Under the pieces are notes generated by a model. It made no database searches and had not been told where the DNA came from. It was given only the letters and a program-made list of their open reading frames with translations. From the NCBI GenBank assembly GCA_964580525.1, contig CAZOKN010000004.1:4749-68748 (forward strand): a stretch of DNA of 64,000 nucleotides, in the 5' to 3' direction. The stretch comes from an uncultured Rickettsiaceae bacterium. GTDB lineage: Bacteria > Pseudomonadota > Alphaproteobacteria > Rickettsiales > UBA6187. Numbering within the stretch: position 1 is the first letter of the stretch; each line of letters begins with the position of its first letter. A program made the position numbers and the translations under genes. This document shows positions 9,262-19,021 of the stretch, one piece after another.

Positions 9262-10422
9262 TTAAGCAGCTTTTGCTTTGTCTTTAACCTGAACATAAGC
9301 CCAGTCAAGCCATGGAAGAAGAGCTTCCAGGTCGCTAGATTCAACAGTTGCGCCGCCCCAGATACGAATTCCGGCAGGAGCATCACGATAAGAACCAATG
9401 TCATAAGCAACATTTTCTTTTTCAAGCAAAGCAACCAGATCTTTCGCAATTGCAGCCTGTTCTTCAGCGCCAAGTGCTGTGTAGCTAGGGTCAACAATTT
9501 TCAGGCATATAGAGGTATTTGAAATTGTTTCCTCTTTTTCAGCCAAGAAACCAATCCAAGGGCTTTTGCTAACCCAGTTTTTAATTACATTCAAATTGCT
9601 ATCAGAACGCTTAATCAAAGCTGGTAGGCCGCCAATTGATTCAGCCCACTTCAGGCCGTCGATAGCATCTTCAACGCAAAGCATTGAAGGTGTGTTTATT
9701 GTTTCACCGACAAATATTCCTTCAATCAATTTTCCACCTTTTACCAAATTGAAAATTTTTGGTATTGGACGATCAGGTGTGTAGCTTTCAAGCCTTTGTA
9801 CAGCGCGTGGAGATAAAACGATCATACCATGCGCGGCTTCACCACCCATAACTTTTTGCCATGACCAGGTTACAACATCGAGTTTTTTCCAAGGCATTTC
9901 CATAGCAAATACAGCGCTGGTAGCGTCGCAGAAAGTCAAGCCTTTACGATCATCTTTTATCCAGTTTGCATTAGGAACTTTTACGCCAGAAGTTGTGCCG
10001 TTCCATGTGAAAACTACGTCACGGTCAGTATCAACCCTTGAAAAATCAACGATTTGACCATATCCGGCTTTATATACATTAACATCTTTCAGCTTTAATT
10101 GCTTCTGAACGTCAGTGACCCATTCGCCACCAAAGCTTTCCCAAGCCAGCATATCCACACCGCGCTCGCCTAACATGCTCCACATTGCCATTTCAATGGC
10201 ACCTGTGTCAGAAGCTGGTACGATACCGATTCTATAATCAGCAGGTATGCCTAGTATTGCCTTTGAGCGGTCAATAGCTTCCTTAAGTTTATTTTTTCCG
10301 ATTTTTGCCCTGTGGGAGCGGCCTAAGGCAGCGTCTGCAAGAGCATTTAAGTTCCAGCCCGGACGCTTCGCGCAAGGGCCTGATGAAAAACAATTGTTTT
10401 TCGGCTTTGTAGTTGGTTTCAT
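9262..10422 (-). CDS. serC: phosphoserine aminotransferase
   Basis: 386 aa class-V aminotransferase of the alphaproteobacterial SerC type. Adjacent to serA. Confidence 0.85.
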   Translation of the reverse strand: MKPTTKPKNNCFSSGPCAKRPGWNLNALADAALGRSHRAKIGKNKLKEAIDRSKAILGIPADYRIGIVPASDTGAIEMAMWSMLGERGVDMLAWESFGGEWVTDVQKQLKLKDVNVYKAGYGQIVDFSRVDTDRDVVFTWNGTTSGVKVPNANWIKDDRKGLTFCDATSAVFAMEMPWKKLDVVTWSWQKVMGGEAAHGMIVLSPRAVQRLESYTPDRPIPKIFNLVKGGKLIEGIFVGETINTPSMLCVEDAIDGLKWAESIGGLPALIKRSDSNLNVIKNWVSKSPWIGFLAEKEETISNTSICLKIVDPSYTALGAEEQAAIAKDLVALLEKENVAYDIGSYRDAPAGIRIWGGATVESSDLEALLPWLDWAYVQVKDKAKAA

Positions 10423-10555
10423 AGAGTATTTTCCTGTTCTAAATTCTACTTAAACCAGATGTAATCTGAATTTTGAAGTGCCCCTTTTAGAGAATAAAAT
10501 CCTATTTGGCAAGAGGAAGGTTGTATGTTTGAGGCAATTATTTGTTCCAGGAATG

Positions 10556-11365
10556 TTATTTATTCCACAAAAACATCATTCTACACTGAGGCGAAGTGGA
10601 GGAGAGATTATACGTGACCGGATTGTCGCCGGAAACGTATGAGTCGGCATAGTGCCCCATGCTTGTGCAATTGTAAGCTGGAGCAGCAGAATAACCTAAA
10701 TCGGCCAAAATCATTCCTTTACTTGGACTACCATCATCAAATTTTTTATCTAATGCTGCGGCTTGCTGTGGATTTAAAATGGAAAGGGCTTGGATGGTAG
10801 TGACAGTGCTATCTACGGCACCAAAACCAAATACATTAACGTTTATTTTGCCATAAACAGCATTTGTGCCATAAAACCAATAATTACTAACACCAAACGT
10901 AAAAGCATGAAAACCGGCAGAGGACGAAAAAGCCGAGAGGCCCGTATTCACGCCGGGAATTTCATTTGTTGGTATTGAAACTCCTGTATAGCCGCCATTT
11001 AGTAAACCAGCTCTCACAAGGTGTCCCCATAAATAGCCACCTTCAGTTAGTCCGGTTATTTTACCATCGCCGTCACCACTATTTGCGCCTGTCCAATAGG
11101 AATTAGCTCTGTTAAAATCTCCCGGCACAGCATTATATTCAAGATAAAAAGTATTAACGGCAGCTTTATACTGATCGGCTTCTGTAGAGATGCGACGGAT
11201 TTTTGCTTGTTTCACTAGGGATTGTCCAGCGACAATTCCTGACACAATTAACCCTATTATTACCAAGACAATAGATAGCTCAACTAGTGTGAAGCCTTTT
11301 GCTTTTGGGTTGACATTATTACTAGCCACCACACAAACTGATTCCTGATTCCTGATTCCTGCCAT
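10556..11365 (-). CDS. prepilin-type N-terminal cleavage/methylation domain protein (pseudopilin or type IV pilin-like)
   Basis: KG|FTLVELSIVLVIIGLIVSGIV class-III signal. The body is G/Y/N/S-rich. The true start may be an in-frame GTG about 30 nt downstream of the ATG. Confidence 0.8.
   Translation of the reverse strand: MAGIRNQESVCVVASNNVNPKAKGFTLVELSIVLVIIGLIVSGIVAGQSLVKQAKIRRISTEADQYKAAVNTFYLEYNAVPGDFNRANSYWTGANSGDGDGKITGLTEGGYLWGHLVRAGLLNGGYTGVSIPTNEIPGVNTGLSAFSSSAGFHAFTFGVSNYWFYGTNAVYGKINVNVFGFGAVDSTVTTIQALSILNPQQAAALDKKFDDGSPSKGMILADLGYSAAPAYNCTSMGHYADSYVSGDNPVTYNLSSTSPQCRMMFLWNK
11338..11361 (-). repeat. 7-nt tandem repeat, 3.4 copies (minus-strand AGGAATC; plus-strand ctgattc)
   Basis: ctgattc ctgattc ctgattc ctg read directly at 11338-11361. 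On the coding strand it begins 2 nt after the annotated ATG of the pilin gene. Confidence 0.9.
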
Positions 11366-11391
11366 CTATGCGCCATTTTTTACTGAATTTG

Positions 11392-11419
11392 ATTATAACA
11401 TATAGCGTTAGCTAGTCAA
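11392..11419 (-). promoter_or_regulatory. sigma70-type promoter for the pilin-like gene
   Basis: On the minus strand: TTGACT (11419-11414), a 16-nt spacer, then TATAAT (11397-11392), about 27 nt upstream of the ATG. Confidence 0.5.
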
Positions 11420-11491
11420 ATATCTAGCAATTAATAGATTTGCAGATTTTTCTATCAAAGAGGGAGCGGCTTTTAGATTTCCTAAGCGCAA

Positions 11492-12256
11492 TTATTTCAG
11501 ATTTTGTACCATTTCTTCTAGTGTACTACATATTAATTCTATATTTTCCGGCGTCGACATCCTATGGTCACCATCTGGAACTAAACTTACACACATATTG
11601 TCAGTTGTCAGGTTTTCGCCTATTTTTATTGATAAATCACTTGGCACATCATCATCCATAAGGCCATGTATAAGTCGTACAGGGCATTTGATATCAATCT
11701 TTTTATCAAGAAGCAGATTTTTGCGACCATCTTCGATAAGTTTCATAGAGATGGGATAAGGCGTTGCATTATATTCTGATGCTAAATTAAATACGCCTTT
11801 TTCTTTTAACTCTTTCTGCTCTTCAGGTTTTAATTTTTCCCATATCAGATTTTCTGTGAAGTCAGGTGCAGAAGCTATACCTATCAACCCTACAATTCTA
11901 TTTGGTCGTGCAAGTGTTGCCAAAAGCATTAACCATCCTCCAAGACTTGAACCTATCAAAATTTGAGGGCCTTTTGATAATTCATCCAAAACTGTTACAA
12001 TGTTATCTTTCCACTGACTTATTGTTCCATCGATAAATTTTCCACTGGATTGGCCATGACCAAAATAGTCAAATCGTATGAAGCTGTAGCCTTTTTGCTG
12101 ACAAAATTTTTCTAATTCTGTTGCTTTTGTTCCCGTCATGTCGGACATAAATCCACCAAGAAAAATAACTCCGAGTTGATTTTTCTTGCCTTCGCTTTTG
12201 TGATAGGCAATAAAGTCATTAGGACCTATTTTTAAAATTGATGGGGTGTCCGGCAT
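11492..12256 (-). CDS. alpha/beta hydrolase
   Basis: GHGQSSG and GSSLGG nucleophile elbow. The start is trimmed to the internal ATG (MPDTPSILKIG), which removes the overlap with the divergent glycosyltransferase. Confidence 0.7.
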   Translation of the reverse strand: MPDTPSILKIGPNDFIAYHKSEGKKNQLGVIFLGGFMSDMTGTKATELEKFCQQKGYSFIRFDYFGHGQSSGKFIDGTISQWKDNIVTVLDELSKGPQILIGSSLGGWLMLLATLARPNRIVGLIGIASAPDFTENLIWEKLKPEEQKELKEKGVFNLASEYNATPYPISMKLIEDGRKNLLLDKKIDIKCPVRLIHGLMDDDVPSDLSIKIGENLTTDNMCVSLVPDGDHRMSTPENIELICSTLEEMVQNLK

Positions 12257-12283
12257 AAAATTAAAACCTTTGAAGTTATGTAA

Positions 12284-13546
12284 ATGGAAAAGTCTAATAT
12301 TAAAAATCAAAAAAAGAAACCTGTAATTTTACAAGTATTACCAGAGCTGCGTTCTGGAGGCGTCGAGAGGGGAACTATCGAGACAGTCAGATATCTTTCG
12401 CAAAATGGTTTTGGTGCCATAGTGGCGTCATCGGGCGGGCATCTGGTAAGCCAGATAGAATCAGCAGGTGGAAGCCATATAATACTTCCACTTAAAAGTA
12501 AAAATCCTTTTACCATCTACACTAATATATTCAGGGTTTCCAAAGTAATAAAACAGTACGAAATCGATATTGTGCATGCTAGATCACGTGCTCCTGCATG
12601 GAGTTGTTATTTTGCCTGCAGAAGAACTAAATGCCATTTCTTGACAACATTCCACGGCACTTATTCTTTCAAGGGCAGCATAAAGAAATTTTATAATTCT
12701 GTTATGGTGCGTGGCGAAAAGGTTATCGCTATTTCTGAATTTATTAAAGATCATATACTGAAAAACTATAAGGTAAGCAGGCGCGATATTACTGTTATTC
12801 CACGTGGTGTTGACCTTGATCATTTTGATTTAGAAAAATTACCAAAAAGAAGAATTATCCAAATGGCCGAGAAATTGGGCATAGAAATGGATAGGCCTAT
12901 TATATTGTTACCGGGAAGATTCACTGGCTGGAAAGGTCATGAATTTTTACTAGAAGCTTTGGCGTTGATACCAAAAGATAAGTATCGCTGCCTATTCGTT
13001 GGTGATATGGAAAGACATAAATCTTATGTTGCGAAACTAAACAAAAAAATCAAAGAAATGCGACTACTTGATAATGTACGCATGATAAAAAGTACGCAAG
13101 ATATGCCGTGTTTATATAGCCTTGTCGATATAGTGGTTTCTGCATCTGTTAGGCCGGAGGCTTTTGGCCGCATTACTATAGAGGCGCAGGCTATGGAAAG
13201 GCTTGTTGTTGCTACCAATCATGGTGGTTCTGTTGAGACGATTGTAGATGGTCAAACTGGTTGGTTGGTTGAGCCTGGAGATGTAAAGGGACTTGCTGAA
13301 ATTCTAACTAAGTTACTGAAAATAAATGATAAACAAAGAAAAACTATTACTAATAAGGCAAAAAAACATGTACAGGAAAATTTCTCTCTTGGTGGCATGA
13401 CTCAAAAAACTTTTGAGGTTTATCAGAGCATTCTTGGTATGAAGTCTGAGACTAAAGAAATGAAAAAAGAGGCTAAAGTAGAAAAAGAAAAACCCTCTGA
13501 GATAAAAGTAAAAATAAAGAAAGCCAAGAAGGTAATCGCGAAATAA
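12284..13546 (+). CDS. glycosyltransferase family 4 with a Lys-rich C-terminal tail
   Basis: GT-B type. SGGVERGT at the N-terminus and EAFGRITIEAQAM..VVAT..GG..E (the E-x7-E region). The last ~45 aa are K/E-rich. Confidence 0.8.
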   Translation: MEKSNIKNQKKKPVILQVLPELRSGGVERGTIETVRYLSQNGFGAIVASSGGHLVSQIESAGGSHIILPLKSKNPFTIYTNIFRVSKVIKQYEIDIVHARSRAPAWSCYFACRRTKCHFLTTFHGTYSFKGSIKKFYNSVMVRGEKVIAISEFIKDHILKNYKVSRRDITVIPRGVDLDHFDLEKLPKRRIIQMAEKLGIEMDRPIILLPGRFTGWKGHEFLLEALALIPKDKYRCLFVGDMERHKSYVAKLNKKIKEMRLLDNVRMIKSTQDMPCLYSLVDIVVSASVRPEAFGRITIEAQAMERLVVATNHGGSVETIVDGQTGWLVEPGDVKGLAEILTKLLKINDKQRKTITNKAKKHVQENFSLGGMTQKTFEVYQSILGMKSETKEMKKEAKVEKEKPSEIKVKIKKAKKVIAK

Positions 13547-13609
13547 GTTTAAGTTAAATTGCGGCTATTGTCGTAAATATAAGATCTAACACACTATAGA
13601 CGATAGCAT

Positions 13610-14407
13610 ATGAAGAAAATTCCGGTTTCAGTATTTATAATTACCAAGAATGAAAGAGATAGAATTGCCAAGCCAATAAACAGTGTTATTGATTGGGTTG
13701 AGGAAGTTATTGTAGTAGATAGTGGAAGCGATGATGGCACACAAGAATTAGCAAAGAATCTAGGTGCACGTGTTGTTTTTAATGAATGGCATGGTTATGG
13801 CCCTCAGAAAATTTTTGGTGAAACACTTTGCAAAAATAAATGGCTTTTAAATATCGATGCTGATGAAGAAATTACACCTGAATTGGCTGAAGAAATAAGA
13901 AGTATTTTTTATAATAAGTCACCGGAATTTCATGCTTATAGAATGAAAATACAGATTATGAGCAGGTTCGCTGAGCGTCCGTTTAAATGTGCTCCTTATC
14001 ATAACCAGATTAGATTATATCAGATTGATCATGCGGGCTTCAAAAGTAGTACTGTGCATGACTCTGTTGTGGCAAAAGAAGGCATTGAATGCAAAATAGC
14101 GCAGTTGAAAAATATTGTTCTGCATAGGAGTTTCAGATCCTATGAGCATGCGATTGCAAAGATAAATCGCTATTCTGGAATGCAGGCCGAAGATATGGTG
14201 CTTAGAGGCAAGAAACCTTGTGGTTTCAGAATTGTTTTTGAACCTTTTATTGGATTTTGGAAGGGTTATTTTGTTAGAAGATACTGTTTTATGGGTGTTG
14301 ATGGTTTTATAGAAGCTTTTATTTATGCATTTGCAAGGACTCTAAGATTGATGAAAGCCAGGGAATTACTGAAAGAAGAAGAGTTCAAACGTATAAAAAA
14401 TAACTAA
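13610..14407 (+). CDS. glycosyltransferase family 2 (LPS-core type, KdtX/WaaE-like)
   Basis: VSVFIITKNERDRI..VVDSGSDDGT..NIDADE motifs. Confidence 0.8.
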   Translation: MKKIPVSVFIITKNERDRIAKPINSVIDWVEEVIVVDSGSDDGTQELAKNLGARVVFNEWHGYGPQKIFGETLCKNKWLLNIDADEEITPELAEEIRSIFYNKSPEFHAYRMKIQIMSRFAERPFKCAPYHNQIRLYQIDHAGFKSSTVHDSVVAKEGIECKIAQLKNIVLHRSFRSYEHAIAKINRYSGMQAEDMVLRGKKPCGFRIVFEPFIGFWKGYFVRRYCFMGVDGFIEAFIYAFARTLRLMKARELLKEEEFKRIKNN

Positions 14408-14424
14408 TTATTAGACGAAATTAT

Positions 14425-14727
14425 ATGCACATAATTAAAGAAAAAGATGGCGATATATTAAGAGTGTCTCTTGAAGGTAGTATGAACTACATAGATAAAG
14501 ATAAATTTAAAGATGTGGCATTTGCGTTTTCGAAAAATGGAATTAAAAAGATAGAATTAAATGTAGAAAAACTGGATTACATGGATTCTAATTCTCTTGG
14601 TATGTTTATGGTTATGCATGAGGATTCCCTAGTAAATGATGGCAAAATAGTCATAAAAAATTTAAATGGTAAAGTTGACAGGCTATTTAGGCTATCTAAA
14701 TTACAAAATATGTTCAATATAGAGTAG
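14425..14727 (+). CDS. STAS-domain protein, paralog of 5845-6150
   Basis: 100 aa. KLDYMDSNSLGMFMV. Aligns along its full length with the first STAS protein. Confidence 0.7.
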   Translation: MHIIKEKDGDILRVSLEGSMNYIDKDKFKDVAFAFSKNGIKKIELNVEKLDYMDSNSLGMFMVMHEDSLVNDGKIVIKNLNGKVDRLFRLSKLQNMFNIE

Positions 14728-14805
14728 TTATTTCAAACTCTTGTTGACAGTTCATCTATAGCCGTTAAGTTGGTTTTCCCTTATATATTAATAGTTTTAG
14801 GTGTT

Positions 14806-16743
14806 ATGTCTGGTAGTGTTTTAGAGAAAGAAAAATTAGAAATTACTTTGCCTGATGGAAGTAAGAGGTCCTACAATCATGGGGTTAAAGGATTTGAAAT
14901 CGCTGAAAGCATAGGTGCTGGCTTAGCGAAAGCGGCTTTGGCTATTAAAGTTAATGGCGAATTGCGCGACCTTTCACGCGAGATTGAAGCTGATTCAAAA
15001 ATTGCCATAATCACAGCCAAAGATGCAGAAGGTCTTGAAATAATCAGACACGACACGGCGCATATAATGGCAGAAGCTGTTCAAGAGCTTTATCCTGATA
15101 CACAAGTCACAATTGGTCCTTCTATTGAAAATGGCTTTTATTATGATTTTGCCAGAAAAACTCCATTCTCTACTGAAGATTTAGAAAAAATCGAAAAGAA
15201 AATGAAAGAGATAGTTGCACGTGATGAGAAAATTGTGCGTGTTGTTATGCAGCGTGATGAGGCTGTAAAGTTCTTTGAGAAAAAAGGTGAAAAATATAAA
15301 GTTGAGCTGATAAGCGCTATACCATCTGGGGAAGATATTACTTTCTATCAGCAGGGCGAATTTATTGATTTATGCCGTGGACCTCATGCTCCATCAACTG
15401 GTAAACCAAAAGCGTTTAAACTAATGAAGGTTGCCGGTGCTTATTGGCGTGGTGATTCGCGTAATGAAATGCTACAGCGTATTTATGGTACGGCCTGGGC
15501 TAATGAGAAAGATTTGCAGCAGCATTTATTCCGTCTGGAAGAAGCGGAAAAACGCGATCATAGAAAACTCGGCAAAGAGATGGAATTGTTTCACGTGCAG
15601 GAAGAAGCTGTTGGTCAGGTTTTTTGGCATGCTAAGGGCTGGACTTTATATCGTACTTTGGAAAATTATATTCGCCGTAAAATCGAAAATGCTGGCTATA
15701 TTGAGGTGAAAACTCCAATATTGGTTGATAGATCTTTGTGGGAAAAATCGGGTCACTGGGAAAAGTTCCGTGAAAATATGTTTACCAGCGAATCTGACGA
15801 AGAGAGAGTGTTGGCGATAAAGCCAATGAATTGTCCATGCCACGTACAGATTTTTAATCAGGGTTTAAAGAGTTATCGTGATTTGCCGTTGCGTATGGCA
15901 GAATTTGGTTCTTGCCACAGGAATGAATCTTCCGGCTCGCTACATGGTATAATGCGAGTGCGTGCCATGGTTCAGGACGATGCGCATATTTTCTGCACAG
16001 AAGACCAAATATTTTCTGAAACAGCTTCATTTTGTGCATTGTTGAAAGAGGTTTATAGCGAGCTTGGTTTTAATGAAGTTGCCGTTAAAATTGCTACCCG
16101 TCCTGAAGTTAGGGCAGGGAATGATGCAACATGGGATAAAGCTGAGCAATCATTGCAGGATGCTGTTACAACTGCTGGCTTGGAATATACAATTGCACCG
16201 GGCGAAGGTGCATTTTATGGACCAAAACTGGAATTCCATTTAACTGATAGTTTGGGACGAAATTGGCAATGTGGAACCTTGCAGCTAGATTATATATTAC
16301 CTGAGAGGCTTGATGCTAATTATATCGGCGTTGATGGTTCAAAGCACAGGCCGGTTATGTTACACCGCGCGATACTTGGATCAATGGAAAGATTTATTGG
16401 TATATTGATAGAGCAATATGCAGGTAAATTCCCTCTATGGCTTGCGCCTATACAGGTTGTTGTGGCAACGGTAACAAATGAGGCTGATTCTTATGCGGAA
16501 GAAGTAAAAAGCCTTCTGAAAAAAGCTGGCGTTAGAGCTGAAAGTGATACAAGTAGTGAGAAAATCAGCTACAAAATAAGGGAGTATTCATTGAATAAAA
16601 TCCCGGTTATTCTGGCTGTTGGTAAAAAAGAGGTGGAAAATAGAACAGTTTCTGTTAGAAGACTAGGTTCTCAGGATCAAGAATTACTTGATTTAGAAGT
16701 TCTACTGAATAAAATAGCTAAAGAGGCTACGCCTCCAGCTTAA
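14806..16743 (+). CDS. thrS: threonine--tRNA ligase
   Basis: TGS domain, [11 protein letters not shown] editing motif and a class-II core. The start is taken at ATG 14806 rather than TTG 14770. Confidence 0.9.
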   Translation: MSGSVLEKEKLEITLPDGSKRSYNHGVKGFEIAESIGAGLAKAALAIKVNGELRDLSREIEADSKIAIITAKDAEGLEIIRHDTAHIMAEAVQELYPDTQVTIGPSIENGFYYDFARKTPFSTEDLEKIEKKMKEIVARDEKIVRVVMQRDEAVKFFEKKGEKYKVELISAIPSGEDITFYQQGEFIDLCRGPHAPSTGKPKAFKLMKVAGAYWRGDSRNEMLQRIYGTAWANEKDLQQHLFRLEEAEKRDHRKLGKEMELFHVQEEAVGQVFWHAKGWTLYRTLENYIRRKIENAGYIEVKTPILVDRSLWEKSGHWEKFRENMFTSESDEERVLAIKPMNCPCHVQIFNQGLKSYRDLPLRMAEFGSCHRNESSGSLHGIMRVRAMVQDDAHIFCTEDQIFSETASFCALLKEVYSELGFNEVAVKIATRPEVRAGNDATWDKAEQSLQDAVTTAGLEYTIAPGEGAFYGPKLEFHLTDSLGRNWQCGTLQLDYILPERLDANYIGVDGSKHRPVMLHRAILGSMERFIGILIEQYAGKFPLWLAPIQVVVATVTNEADSYAEEVKSLLKKAGVRAESDTSSEKISYKIREYSLNKIPVILAVGKKEVENRTVSVRRLGSQDQELLDLEVLLNKIAKEATPPA

Positions 16744-16786
16744 GTTTTTTAATTTTTTGTTTAAACTAATACGGAAGGGTATTTAC

Positions 16787-17314
16787 ATAGCACAGAAATT
16801 TTCGGAATCGAGCAAACTTCCAAAAGCTAATGAAAAAATCGATGCAAGGGAAGTTCGTTTAATAGATGATGAGGGCAACATGGTTGGTGTTGTTCCTATC
16901 AGGGAAGCGTTAATGATGGCAAAAAGCAAGGGGCTTGACTTGGTTGAGGTTTCCCCAGGCGCGGAGCCTCCTGTATGTAAAATACTTGATTTTGGTAAGT
17001 ATAAGTTCCAATTGCAGAAAAAATCGCATGAGAACAAAAAGAAACAAAAAGTTGTTCAAATCAAAGAAATAAAATTACGTCCAAATATCGATGAACATGA
17101 TTATCAGGTGAAGCTGCGTAGCGTGTTTAAATTTATTGCAGAAGGCGATAAAGTTAAAGTTACTCTGAAATTCCGTGGTCGTGAATTTGCTCATAATGAG
17201 ATAGGTATGGAAGTGGTTCAGCGTATGAAGGCTGATTCTACTGAAGTTGCTAAACCAGAACTTGAGCCGAGAATGGATGGTAAACAGATTATTATGGTTT
17301 TGACGCCTAAATAA
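16787..17314 (+). CDS. infC: translation initiation factor IF-3
   Basis: NEKIDAREVRLIDDEGNMVGVV and the conserved C-terminal domain. The start is proposed at in-frame ATA 16787, preceded by GGAAGGG. The ORF-track start is TTG 16757. Confidence 0.85.
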   Translation: MAQKFSESSKLPKANEKIDAREVRLIDDEGNMVGVVPIREALMMAKSKGLDLVEVSPGAEPPVCKILDFGKYKFQLQKKSHENKKKQKVVQIKEIKLRPNIDEHDYQVKLRSVFKFIAEGDKVKVTLKFRGREFAHNEIGMEVVQRMKADSTEVAKPELEPRMDGKQIIMVLTPK

Positions 17315-17367
17315 TAAAGTGTTATCCTAAAAACTTAAGATAACTCGCCAAGTAGGCTGGCTCATAT

Positions 17368-18288
17368 ATGTATGTATATCTTCCCATAGCAGAAATATCT
17401 GTTAATATTTTTCTCATACTCTCCCTTGGTGGCGTAACCGGGCTTCTGGCTGGCATGTTTGGTGTTGGTGGCGGGTTTCTTATGACACCATTCCTTATAT
17501 TTATTGGGATTCCTCCTGCCGTTGCTGTTTCCAGCTCGGCCAATCAAATTATTGCTGCATCTTTTTCTGGTTTCCTTGCTCATTTGAGAAGGCAGAATGT
17601 TGATATAAAAATGGGAACAGTGATTATCATAGGAGGTTTTATTGGCTCCTCTCTTGGTGTTTTGCTATTTGCTTTTCTGAAAAGAATTGGTCAGATAGAT
17701 TTTGCTATATCGATTATTTATGTACTTTTTTTGGGAACGATAGGAACATTAATGGCTGTCGAAAGTATTAAAGTTATTTTGGCAAAACGCAATGGAACTA
17801 TAATAAAGCCTAAAGATAAGAAAAGTTGGTGGTTGGAATTGCCACTTCCTCTCGTGATGGATTTTCCACGTTCTGAAATTAGAATGAGTATTATATTACC
17901 AATGGCCGTTGGGATTGTTAGTAGCATACTAGTTTCGCTTATGGGAATTGGTGGTGGTTTTATAATGATTCCAGCTATGATTTATATACTTGGTATGCCA
18001 ACTTCTGTGGTTATTGGCACTTCTTTATTTCAGATAGTTTTTATAACGGCCAATGTAACAATTCTTCAGGCCATAAGCACGCATACTGTTGATGTTGTTC
18101 TAGCTCTGCTTATGCTGGCAAGTTCTGTAGTTGGAGCTCAATTTGGTACCAGATTGGGATTGAAATTTCCTTCGGAGCAATTACGTGCCATGCTGGCAAT
18201 TATGGTTTTAGCGGTAGTATTAAAGCTGGCTATAAATCTGGTTGTTACACCTGAAAATCCTTTTTCAATAATAACGCTAGAGCAATGA
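17368..18288 (+). CDS. TSUP (TauE/SafE, DUF81) family membrane transporter
   Basis: 306 aa, polytopic, with duplicated GxGGG motifs (GVGGGFLMTP and GIGGGFIMIP). Confidence 0.8.
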   Translation: MYVYLPIAEISVNIFLILSLGGVTGLLAGMFGVGGGFLMTPFLIFIGIPPAVAVSSSANQIIAASFSGFLAHLRRQNVDIKMGTVIIIGGFIGSSLGVLLFAFLKRIGQIDFAISIIYVLFLGTIGTLMAVESIKVILAKRNGTIIKPKDKKSWWLELPLPLVMDFPRSEIRMSIILPMAVGIVSSILVSLMGIGGGFIMIPAMIYILGMPTSVVIGTSLFQIVFITANVTILQAISTHTVDVVLALLMLASSVVGAQFGTRLGLKFPSEQLRAMLAIMVLAVVLKLAINLVVTPENPFSIITLEQ

Positions 18289-19019
18289 TTTATAGAAAAA
18301 TATTATTAATATTATTTTTGATTCTTTTCTGGGCTGACCAGGCCAATGCTACACCTGTGATCGCAGATTTGTCATTGCGTCAGATAGAAATTGACTCAGG
18401 CTTTACTGGAACTGAAATATTATTATTTGGCGCGCGCAATGATGCAGGGGATATCGTGGTTGTTATCAGAGGGCCAGAGCTTTCATATATTGTGAGAAAA
18501 AAAGAAAGACTTGCGGGAATTTGGCTAAATAGGAAGCAGGCCAGATTTGATAATATTAATGGTTTTTATGCTGTTGCTTCAAGTAGGCCTCTGGACGACA
18601 TTAGAAATGATTATCTAATTAATTCGCTGCAAATAGGCGCTGATAATATAAAGCTCCTTCCGAGAAAATCTATCGAGCAAATAGATGATTTCAGAAAAGC
18701 TTTTTTGGATAGACAGGCGAAAACAAATTTATATTCACTTAAAGTAGAAAAAGTATCTTTTATTGGCGATACTTTGTTTAGAACTATAATAAAATTTCCT
18801 GATAACATACCAAGAGGTGTTTATACGGCAGAAGTATATTTATTTAGTGATAATCAGCTTGCGGGGATACAATCTACCCCTATTATAGTAAGCAAGAAGG
18901 GGTTTGATGCTGTAGTGTTTGATTTTGCGCATAAATATCCTGCTCTTTACGGTTTTATATCTGTAGCTCTTGCACTAATTGCAGGATGGGGGGCAGGTTT
19001 GATATTTAGGAAAGTATAG
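18285..19019 (+). CDS. TIGR02186 / Alph_Pro_TM family protein
   Basis: Signal peptide, then ADLS..IEIDSGFTGTEILLFGA..DIVVVIRGP..VRKKERLAGIWLN, and a C-terminal TM segment. ATGA overlap with the TSUP gene. Confidence 0.65.
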   Translation: MIYRKILLILFLILFWADQANATPVIADLSLRQIEIDSGFTGTEILLFGARNDAGDIVVVIRGPELSYIVRKKERLAGIWLNRKQARFDNINGFYAVASSRPLDDIRNDYLINSLQIGADNIKLLPRKSIEQIDDFRKAFLDRQAKTNLYSLKVEKVSFIGDTLFRTIIKFPDNIPRGVYTAEVYLFSDNQLAGIQSTPIIVSKKGFDAVVFDFAHKYPALYGFISVALALIAGWGAGLIFRKV

Positions 19020-19021
19020 GA

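Noticed and set aside
12256-12310. An apparent 27-nt overlap between the divergent hydrolase and GT4 ORFs in the ORF track.
   Set aside because: The overlap disappears if the hydrolase starts at the internal ATG (12256), which also gives a sensible N-terminus. This is an artefact of longest-ORF calling, not real overlapping genes.
13547-13609. A 9-bp stem (gctattgtc / gacgatagc) between the two glycosyltransferase genes.
   Set aside because: The loop is about 25 nt and no T-run follows, so it is not convincing as a terminator. It could be incidental.
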